DNA of 64,000 nt, taken from positions 1 to 64,000 of IMG/VR virus record IMGVR_UViG_3300002514_000019; one strand, 5' to 3'. This DNA comes from an uncultured virus (IMG/VR IMGVR_UViG_3300002514_000019). Lineage: Duplodnaviria > Heunggongvirae > Uroviricota > Caudoviricetes. Position 1 is the first letter of the stretch. Every line of letters starts with the position of its first letter. The translations under genes were made by a program, and so were the position numbers. Below are positions 56,623-64,000 of this stretch, piece by piece. The notes under the pieces were generated by a model. It ran no database searches and had not been told where the DNA came from. It worked only from the letters and a program-made list of their open reading frames with translations.

Positions 56623-58218
56623 TTATTCGTTTACCCTAAATCTTAAATTTTCTGCGCGTAATATTATCTCGCTTCCACGATCTACAACCGAAAACTCTAG
56701 AGTGTAATCCTGTCCCGGCGGGAGGGAGTCCATATACATGTCAAATGACATACCTTGAGAATCACTTGATAGTCTAGTACCATTATTCCCTTTTGTGAAT
56801 GGGATTATAATTTCACCACTATTAATATTGATGGCGCGCCAGTATACCTCTTCAAGAATTATACTCTTTAACCTGTAGGGTAGTTTGTAAGGTTTTTCGT
56901 TACGCTTAAACTCTCTTGCAAAGATCCTGAATGTTGTCCGTTCCGTCACATCATATACTGCCTTTGCATTCAAAACAGTAAATTGAAGATCACGTGGGAC
57001 ATCTACAAAGCTTGTGCGTGGGTTTGCCTTTATAGTTAAGCTGCCTGTATAATACCCTTGCTTTCGATCAATTGATGACCAATATTCCTCCAGAGTTAAA
57101 GAACCACTGGCTGCTGCAAAATTAGACACTGTATCAGTGCCTATAACGACTGACGATTCTGCAAATGGTATTGCAAATGATGCCGAATATACACCGGTCA
57201 CGTAGTTATATGATTCTGAAGTGTCGCCATTATACCATAGAGTTCCTGCCTGGTGTTGCGATGCACTCATCGTCTTCTTAAATGAGCCTGTACGTAATGT
57301 TAGGAGCATACAATTAGTACCTGTAACTGGTGTTAATGCGGTACCAGAAAGTATATTTGCGGGTGAACTTCGATGAAAATTATTTAAAAATAGTGATCCT
57401 GTAATATCAAAATAAAAATTCTGGTGATGATCAACAACTGCATTGTCATATGAAACATTCAGTCGTGGGCGTAGTCTCCTGTTTCTTACATGCCGACTTG
57501 CAAACCTCTTGACAAATCTTGTTTTTTCGTCTCTTTCTTCTGAGCCTGTATATGACAATCTCCAACCGCAATCAGGCAAAATACCAGCGAGGGTCGCCGA
57601 CACTATTGTCGTAACATCCATCTTTAGATTTTCCGTGCCATTCTTAAAGTATTGTTTTACGCCTAGGCCCCTTAAAGAGGATCCGTCGTTTAAGTTTCCG
57701 GAAACTATAATGTCTAAGTTCGTAGGATATCCAGCCGATGTAGCGGTATGATCAATATTCCCTTGTGAATCTGCACCAGATAAATACCATGGGCTCACTG
57801 TTGAGTTGGCCACTGAGGCAGTTATAAAGTTTGCTCTATCCAAGTCCGAAAATGATGCCACGTCCCTGCCAATACCTTCATCAAATGATTGCGAAAGGGG
57901 GAAGAGAATTAAACTAAAGTTAGAAGGAACAACCTGGCCTCCCATTATATCAAATAACTCAAGCTCACACTTGAATGCCGAGCTACCTAAATTAAGTTCG
58001 CTATTCTTTAGCTTGTTTATTCTATCAAAGTCAAACTTTATTAATGCGCGAGAAAGCTCATTTGTTGTTGTAGTTCCGCTCAGAATAGATTCATCCCACA
58101 ACCGAAATATATCAAGAGTTGATGCATACCCAGTGTTCGCATCTGAAGCACTAAAATTGCTATTGATTATTTTGTTTGTAATGTATGTGTCTTTACTGGC
58201 AGTTAAAATAAAATACAT
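56623..58218 (-). CDS. Baseplate-associated structural protein
   Basis: MYFILTASKDTYI, SRALIKFD, FDEGIG, FASRH..RPRLNVSYD; follows the gp6-like gene. Confidence 0.6.
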   Translation of the reverse strand: MYFILTASKDTYITNKIINSNFSASDANTGYASTLDIFRLWDESILSGTTTTNELSRALIKFDFDRINKLKNSELNLGSSAFKCELELFDIMGGQVVPSNFSLILFPLSQSFDEGIGRDVASFSDLDRANFITASVANSTVSPWYLSGADSQGNIDHTATSAGYPTNLDIIVSGNLNDGSSLRGLGVKQYFKNGTENLKMDVTTIVSATLAGILPDCGWRLSYTGSEERDEKTRFVKRFASRHVRNRRLRPRLNVSYDNAVVDHHQNFYFDITGSLFLNNFHRSSPANILSGTALTPVTGTNCMLLTLRTGSFKKTMSASQHQAGTLWYNGDTSESYNYVTGVYSASFAIPFAESSVVIGTDTVSNFAAASGSLTLEEYWSSIDRKQGYYTGSLTIKANPRTSFVDVPRDLQFTVLNAKAVYDVTERTTFRIFAREFKRNEKPYKLPYRLKSIILEEVYWRAININSGEIIIPFTKGNNGTRLSSDSQGMSFDMYMDSLPPGQDYTLEFSVVDRGSEIILRAENLRFRVNE

Positions 58219-58225
58219 TGTTCAC

Positions 58226-60085
58226 CTATGATGCATGCCCAATAATATCAAAATCAGGATATTTCATTTCAAATATTGCGCCAGAGGGGGGGATTATAAG
58301 GCCCCTTCGACTGTTGCTCTTAATATCGAATGAATAGTCACTATACCTACGATCCTCATTATCCTTATATAAATTAAAGACAACGGGTTGTTTAGCTAGT
58401 GCTATAACACCCTCAGTGTTGATAATAATATTTGTTATGTCCGCGTTTATTATTGGTTGCCCTATTTGAAAATTCTCAAGTGACATAAGTTCTGTCAAAT
58501 TATTGATCACCCCTTGAATGACTGCATTTTTGTTTGCCGTGGGGTGGGTTACGATAAAAAACTCTATCCCAATATTTATTACCGGTGCATCAACAATATC
58601 AACGGCATCAGAAATAAGGCGAAATTCGTTTAGATATTTTCTAAGGTTTTTCTTTAATGCGTCAGGTGCTATAATTAGATTTGCATCTGAATCCATGCAG
58701 ATGAGATGCATTATCGCAGCCATAGGATTATTGGGATTATTTGAAATTGAAGCGCGGTAAACTCTTCCATAGTTCGCTGGCATGGTGTACACTCTTGCTA
58801 AAAGATCTTGTGCACTGACAATCCTCGACTGCATCTGTTTCATTGCCGGCACTTTCGCCTTTAATTCCTCTAGTGTAGGTGCTTCCGTACCGCCACCCGT
58901 AGGCGACGAATTTGTGACCTCTATCGTCTGTCTTAACATTTCGACCTCAGATGCAGATAACTTTCCAGGAAAGCGTATGTTCAACACGTTAATGGATTCT
59001 ATTGAGTTAACTGCCAGGTTGTGAGAAATACCTCCCCCATGCCGATATCTTACAGAAATTACAGTATTTTTTGGAGCTATACCCAGTGTTTGTGTCCCTA
59101 AAATGTCATTGGGATCTATTGAGAATCGAGGAAATGTTTTCTTTCCATAAAGAGGTAATGATAACTCACTAGGATCTGGTATTATGTCATTGTCTAAGAC
59201 GTTTTCATCTCCAGAACCAAATTGTATTGAGGTTAGCCTTGTTGATGGATCTACCAAATTTAAAAACCTATATGGCGCTGGAATTATCTCCATATGGGTT
59301 TCAACCAGGTGATTATCATCATCTAAGTTTGGTGTACCACCAAATACAACATTCTGCGTTAACGATGAGACCTCATAATACTTGTTTCTATTAGCATCAC
59401 TTACCTCCATTATCTCAGTAATATCCGTATTTGACAGTGTTATCTGTCTAAATGGTTCATGAATGTCTGATATTATAAATTGTTCTGTTGTCTCTTCACC
59501 AGAAACAATCGTTCCCTCTAGAGATACTATATAATAGAATGGGTTTGCGGCACCTGTGGCATTTACACTAGACACAAAAATTTCAACACTGGCCAATAGC
59601 TCATCTGCTGGGGACGTCTTCGTAAAGTCCAGTTCTTCTATCAGATTATATATGACGCCGGAAGATGAACTAAACGTCGTGCCCAAGCCTATTATCGGTA
59701 AAAATCTTCTATCAGGAACACTTTCACCCTGCACTGTCGTAGCTGGAACCTTTATAGACACTTTCATGGTTCCCACCGCAGGTGACACTGTTGTAATGGG
59801 TACCCCGGCTTCTCGTAAGTGACGAAGGATATTTACATGTTCGATTGCAGTAGATGGAAAAAGCTCATTGAACTGATGGTCTAAATAAAATGACATTGAA
59901 TCGCCAATAAACGCAGCCATATCAACGAATAGGCCCCCTAATGAGGCCTCAGAAAAATCCTGAATCTTGTCAGGAAAATACGTCCGTGCATAGGATATAA
60001 GTTCTTTTCGAAATGAATCAAAGTCTCTTGCGAGGTATGACTTGTTTCTTACTTTCTTTAATTGTTTCTGTATATCTTTTGGCAT
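58226..60085 (-). CDS. Baseplate wedge protein (T4 gp6-like)
   Basis: YLARDFDSFRKELISYARTYFP..DFSEAS.GG.FVDMAAFIGD.MSFYLD; IQFGSG; GGTEAPTLEE; QSRIVSAQD; IFEMKYP. Confidence 0.88.
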   Translation of the reverse strand: MPKDIQKQLKKVRNKSYLARDFDSFRKELISYARTYFPDKIQDFSEASLGGLFVDMAAFIGDSMSFYLDHQFNELFPSTAIEHVNILRHLREAGVPITTVSPAVGTMKVSIKVPATTVQGESVPDRRFLPIIGLGTTFSSSSGVIYNLIEELDFTKTSPADELLASVEIFVSSVNATGAANPFYYIVSLEGTIVSGEETTEQFIISDIHEPFRQITLSNTDITEIMEVSDANRNKYYEVSSLTQNVVFGGTPNLDDDNHLVETHMEIIPAPYRFLNLVDPSTRLTSIQFGSGDENVLDNDIIPDPSELSLPLYGKKTFPRFSIDPNDILGTQTLGIAPKNTVISVRYRHGGGISHNLAVNSIESINVLNIRFPGKLSASEVEMLRQTIEVTNSSPTGGGTEAPTLEELKAKVPAMKQMQSRIVSAQDLLARVYTMPANYGRVYRASISNNPNNPMAAIMHLICMDSDANLIIAPDALKKNLRKYLNEFRLISDAVDIVDAPVINIGIEFFIVTHPTANKNAVIQGVINNLTELMSLENFQIGQPIINADITNIIINTEGVIALAKQPVVFNLYKDNEDRRYSDYSFDIKSNSRRGLIIPPSGAIFEMKYPDFDIIGHAS

Positions 60086-60087
60086 GT

Positions 60088-60582
60088 TTATCCTATAGTA
60101 TCTATGATTACCTCAATCGCGCCTGTTTCATCACCATAGCCCTCAACGGTAAATGTAACCTGGACACCGATTTGAATCACCTGCTGGTCTTCATCGGGGC
60201 CACGTCGAAATGTTGAAAAGCCAGATAAGTTTACATATGGCATATATTTTGCTACGGCGTTAGATATTTGTGTCATTGCCCGGGCATCCGTATCAGAGTT
60301 TGTAAGCTCTGTGCTCAACCACTTTAGATTTCCACCGAAATCATACAGCCCTAATCTCTCACCCCAGTTTGTTAGAATTAAATTTCGTAAATTATCCGAC
60401 ACTTGCCTAAACAAGGTCGTATGCATCTGAAATAAGCCTTGTTCATTCCCAAATTCCACCGGAGTCTTTATCCCAATTGGAACAACATCGATTGCAGTAG
60501 TAACACCGACTTCTTCATTAATATACTCAGCCATGTCCTGGCCTACTGACTTAAAGTCGTATGTCTTTTGGATCTGTTTCAT
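60088..60582 (-). CDS. Baseplate wedge protein (T4 gp25-like)
   Basis: QVSDNLRNLILTNWGERLGLYDFGGNL, ISNAVAKYMPYV. Confidence 0.88.
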   Translation of the reverse strand: MKQIQKTYDFKSVGQDMAEYINEEVGVTTAIDVVPIGIKTPVEFGNEQGLFQMHTTLFRQVSDNLRNLILTNWGERLGLYDFGGNLKWLSTELTNSDTDARAMTQISNAVAKYMPYVNLSGFSTFRRGPDEDQQVIQIGVQVTFTVEGYGDETGAIEVIIDTIG

Positions 60583-60606
60583 CTATCTTTTACTCCAGCA
60601 CACATG

Positions 60607-60615
60607 GATAAATAT
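60607..60615 (-). promoter_or_regulatory. Putative late-promoter motif (ATATTTATC)
   Basis: Intergenic, upstream of the gp25-like gene. Confidence 0.5.
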
Positions 60616-60695
60616 GTCCGTGATTAATTCTATACTGAAGTAAATTATAAGATAATTACAAAAATAATATATGGTGTTTATCAGGTTGGTGAAAA

Positions 60696-61952
60696 CTAGT
60701 CGGCAGGAGCTGGCATAATTGTGGGTTGAACAAACCCAAAACGAATGTCTACGACAGGTGTAACAGCTATGCACCACCTAAGTATCGCTCGTGACATAGC
60801 ATTATCCGCGGCTGTGGATGTCTTAAAAGATCCAGGCCCTATTGATAGTGGTCCTACGTATGGTGGTGGAATTTTTGGTGGAACACTAAAAATCATATTG
60901 CTACCCTGGGTCATTTTGGATAGGAGATGGGTCTCTACATCTGACTGAATTGCATTCAGAAGCTTAACATGCCATGCACGAATGGTGCTAACATACGTAC
61001 TGATGTCTGCGTCTGAAAGCGTTCGAGCACCGTTAGCATCTACAGCAGATTCCCATGTTGTTATCGTCTCTCTCTCCGTCTCGGTAGCTCCCCCGGCCTG
61101 ATATAATCCTAGGCTCTTTAAAATTTCTTCTACCTTTGTTGACAAGGGTGCAACAAAGCCCATGGGCTTAAATGGTTGGAGACCATATGCTATTTTAAGC
61201 TCCGGAAAAACTGTTTCTTGAATTGCCAAAACCCACCTCGTCTCAAGTACTTCCATCGTGGTAGGATATGCCTCACCATTCATATCAGCACCTGCCGATT
61301 GATGATGATGGGGCTCAGCATCTATAAAATCATAAAGTGGGGGTGTTGATGAATCACCGGAAGGTACAGTGCCACCAGCCTTGATAATACTGTCACTTAC
61401 TACCTTATTAATATCTTCAAAGATTACTTCAGAATTAAAGTCAGAAGAGCCAGAAACTGCGTCGCCTATTATTGGCCCAGCAAGCTTCATAAGCTCTATA
61501 TAATCAATGACATCTGTATTTTTCTGGACTGCGGTTTCATATATACCGCGGATTGCCTTGTAAAGAGGCAAGTTTAATATTGACTCAAGAGGTATTTTAC
61601 CTACAGATGGTGGCTCAATCTGATTGTCGTCTGCATCAAATTTTTCAGTTGCCCAATACGCAGAGATAAAAGGCGACGTAGCACCGGTAACTGCTGACGC
61701 CCTGGTCAACAAATATGCTAACACTGGACCATATGTGCCGGGATCAGCTGCAACCTGAGCATCTTGTATTGTTAGGATACCACTTACATAATTTATAGAA
61801 TCCTCGGAATCAGGATTATAAAAGTGGTTTAAGTTTTTTGCTACAAGATTTACATACTGTTTCCTAAAGCTAGGATCAGGTCCATAAGCATTAGAAAAAA
61901 CTGGGTTCGAATCATCTTGAATTAAAGATAAAAGATCGGGAAGAGACGACAT
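60696..61952 (-). CDS. Hypothetical protein
   Basis: 418-aa ORF between the gp5-like and gp25-like genes; no motif recognised. Confidence 0.6.
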   Translation of the reverse strand: MSSLPDLLSLIQDDSNPVFSNAYGPDPSFRKQYVNLVAKNLNHFYNPDSEDSINYVSGILTIQDAQVAADPGTYGPVLAYLLTRASAVTGATSPFISAYWATEKFDADDNQIEPPSVGKIPLESILNLPLYKAIRGIYETAVQKNTDVIDYIELMKLAGPIIGDAVSGSSDFNSEVIFEDINKVVSDSIIKAGGTVPSGDSSTPPLYDFIDAEPHHHQSAGADMNGEAYPTTMEVLETRWVLAIQETVFPELKIAYGLQPFKPMGFVAPLSTKVEEILKSLGLYQAGGATETERETITTWESAVDANGARTLSDADISTYVSTIRAWHVKLLNAIQSDVETHLLSKMTQGSNMIFSVPPKIPPPYVGPLSIGPGSFKTSTAADNAMSRAILRWCIAVTPVVDIRFGFVQPTIMPAPAD

Positions 61953-61960
61953 GATAAAAA

Positions 61961-63595
61961 TTAACCGCCCTTGTCAGAGATATATCCCACCTTGCTTAAA
62001 AATTTGGGCAATTTAGATTTCAAGGTTGAACATGCCTTATTTAAGGGTTGAACTGGACTTCCGTGGCTGTCGACGGATACACCGGCCGTAGAACAAAATT
62101 CCAGGAGCATGTCATGTAAAGCCTTACCCAACACCAATGGCTCGGTGGCCGACTTTTGTGGATCACCTAAATATATTTGGTCATCTCTACCATCACCTAT
62201 TAATATTTTCTTGGCATCAATACCCAAAGTACCATCACTTAGTAGTGTTATAACACACTGGCTATCACCTGGTGTGCCTTCTTTTACAATTCGAACGCTT
62301 CCGGACTTTCGGCCGATTATCCTAACCTCGTCCGACTTTGTAACAACAAAAGGTTTAAAGCCGGCTTCCAGGGCGCTTCCGGCCCAGTCACCTTCAGGGT
62401 ATGCCAAACCAAAGCGCTGATCGCCGTCAAGTTTCATTGAAATATTAATTCTGCTCAGATCATACTCAAAATCCGGATCGCCTTCTCTAGGATTTGCTGA
62501 GATATTGCTGGGGCCGGATTGTTGAGGATTTAATGGCGCAAAATTTATAGGATTTTTCTCGGTCTCATCATATCCTCTAAAGTTTGAACTCTTTCCGGCG
62601 GAAGTGCCAACCTCCTGGCCACGTCCGGCTACAATGTCTATAGCACCGGTTGATAAGGCGTCTTCGAGTTGCCACTTAGAGGGGGGTGAAGCACCTTCAT
62701 CAGTTATCGTGCTGTTTAGCTCCGTGGGGAGTTGGCCCTGTCTTAAAATTGAGCCAGGTGTACCGGGGGTAGCATTTGATAAATTTGCCACTTCAGGAAT
62801 ATAAAACATAGCCTTGTTGCTAGCTAGCGAATTCTCATCACTACCTGCATAGGGCACCCCTTTAAATTTATCAATTTGTGGAGCGGATGCTTCGTCGGCC
62901 GCGCTGTAACCACGGGATTGGCCCAAACAGATAAGTGTGTTATTGGAACCTTGCAAAGTGAGATCGCCCGGGCGGGGTGTGAAACGAGGGACAGACTCAA
63001 AAGTTGTTGCTCTGGATGCCAAAGAGCCGGTGAATATTTGATCATACCGTTCGACCGGGGAAACGGGCATTGAACTTTGTGTATTTCCCCCATTTGGAAA
63101 TTCATGAAACTTTGGATAGGGTGGTTCCATCTTTACGTTCGATTCCATCATCTGGCGATCTAAATGAGTATAATTTATATCATCAACAAAGTTCGGGGCG
63201 TGAACCCTGCATACCCAGTACGCAATATCATTAATGTTATTGGGATCCGGATCAAATATCCACACAATTTCCCCAGCTTTGATGGGAAGCATAAGGTGGG
63301 GCGGAAACATAGGATATACACACATCATGTCGCTTGTTAGACGTGCGGCCGCACCCTCAGTAATCTGCACAAGCAAAGAGTTTCTCGGGGCTGCGTCAAA
63401 TATTTCCTCATTTGATGTCCTGTCACGATATGATAATCGCCTTGCTGGGCTGAGTGCTGACGGATCATACATCACCTCACACACGACTGCCTTCGTAAAT
63501 ATTAGCGAAGGTACACCATCTGCGGGTGAGGGATTTTCCCTAAGGGCTACCTGCCCTAGAAAAGCCCCCACAGGATCTTGTGCAAAGATAGACAC
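61961..63595 (-). CDS. Putative baseplate central spike/hub (gp5-like, no lysozyme domain seen)
   Basis: YPMFP..MLPIKAGEIVWI (OB-fold-like), PGDLTLQGSNN, KSDEVRIIGR, IYLG, EPLVLG; upstream of gp25 and gp6. Confidence 0.55.
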   Translation of the reverse strand: MSIFAQDPVGAFLGQVALRENPSPADGVPSLIFTKAVVCEVMYDPSALSPARRLSYRDRTSNEEIFDAAPRNSLLVQITEGAAARLTSDMMCVYPMFPPHLMLPIKAGEIVWIFDPDPNNINDIAYWVCRVHAPNFVDDINYTHLDRQMMESNVKMEPPYPKFHEFPNGGNTQSSMPVSPVERYDQIFTGSLASRATTFESVPRFTPRPGDLTLQGSNNTLICLGQSRGYSAADEASAPQIDKFKGVPYAGSDENSLASNKAMFYIPEVANLSNATPGTPGSILRQGQLPTELNSTITDEGASPPSKWQLEDALSTGAIDIVAGRGQEVGTSAGKSSNFRGYDETEKNPINFAPLNPQQSGPSNISANPREGDPDFEYDLSRINISMKLDGDQRFGLAYPEGDWAGSALEAGFKPFVVTKSDEVRIIGRKSGSVRIVKEGTPGDSQCVITLLSDGTLGIDAKKILIGDGRDDQIYLGDPQKSATEPLVLGKALHDMLLEFCSTAGVSVDSHGSPVQPLNKACSTLKSKLPKFLSKVGYISDKGG

Positions 63596-63597
63596 TA

Positions 63598-63975
63598 TTA
63601 GTCACCATTAATCTTTGAAAAAATATCATCTGGATCAACTTTTGTGGCGCGCTCCTCGGATTTGTTTATGAGCTCTGCCAGCTTAAGGATCTGCTCATTG
63701 GAGCGACTCATTCTCTCCAAATACTTTGCCAAGGTAGGTCCTAACGTTATGTGTTCAGTGGTGCCTTGTTGCATCTGTTTAAATGCGCTGGTGAATAGCA
63801 TTCCGGCATTTTCCCTATCTGTAACTGCATTATGGTAAATCTCTTTCCACAGCATCTTCTTTTTGTCTTCGCTTGACTCAATCGAATCAAGCAAATCTGC
63901 GAACCCATCAATTTTAGAATTTATATCAGAAAACTTATCAAGCATGGACGAAATTTTTTCTATATTATCACTCAT
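63598..63975 (-). CDS. Hypothetical helical protein
   Basis: 125 aa; WKEIYHNAVTDRE, KYLERMSRSNEQILKLAEL; GAGG RBS. Confidence 0.6.
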   Translation of the reverse strand: MSDNIEKISSMLDKFSDINSKIDGFADLLDSIESSEDKKKMLWKEIYHNAVTDRENAGMLFTSAFKQMQQGTTEHITLGPTLAKYLERMSRSNEQILKLAELINKSEERATKVDPDDIFSKINGD

Positions 63976-64000
63976 TTATCCTCTCTTAATTTTTCTTTGA

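Noticed and set aside
60583..60777. 64-aa minus-strand ORF bridging the 418-aa gene and gp25
   Set aside because: Overlaps the upstream gene out of frame and covers AT-rich regulatory sequence; no RBS seen
552..63838. Many plus-strand ORFs of 60-145 aa in the ORF track
   Set aside because: They are antisense shadows of long minus-strand genes, with no recognisable motifs
63598..63975. Possible small terminase subunit
   Set aside because: Size and helical character fit, but there is no diagnostic motif and it is far from the large terminase; left as hypothetical
1..64000. Stop-codon reassignment (TAG or TGA recoding), as seen in some large phages
   Set aside because: Conserved genes are full length in code 11, and TAG, TGA and TAA all end genes at the expected C-termini
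1..64000. tRNA genes, CRISPR arrays, introns, inteins or homing endonucleases
   Set aside because: Intergenic gaps are short with no cloverleaf or repeat-spacer pattern seen; terminase, portal and primase are of ordinary length, and I saw no intein, HNH or LAGLIDADG motifs

Overview
A 64-kb fragment of a large T4-like (contractile-tailed, probably jumbo) bacteriophage genome. About 40 tightly packed genes all lie on the minus strand and read intact in the standard genetic code. In transcription order (right to left): a baseplate/adhesin block (gp5-like spike, gp25, gp6, three LamG-domain proteins, several large unknowns); an embedded DNA-processing block (RuvC-like resolvase, DnaG/gp61-like primase, a single-chain Mre11-Rad50 fusion); large terminase; an inserted putative sugar O-methyltransferase; portal; prohead protease; putative core proteins; a phage-encoded ribosomal protein bS21; scaffold; a 652-aa major capsid protein; a two-gene unit encoding a stand-alone PAS-domain protein and a holin-like membrane protein; neck proteins; a tail terminator; two tandem giant tail-sheath paralogs; tail tube; and the start of a gp26-like hub gene. 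Three strong intrinsic terminators and a recurrent ATA(N)TTA(T/A) upstream motif are visible. The most interesting signals are the PAS + holin-like unit, an apparent [ST]-G-[ST] motif enrichment in predicted virion-surface proteins (possible glycosylation sequon, with a sugar methyltransferase in the head module), bS21 among strongly Shine-Dalgarno-led late genes, and the duplicated sheath. All family calls come from motif recognition by eye; no database search was run.
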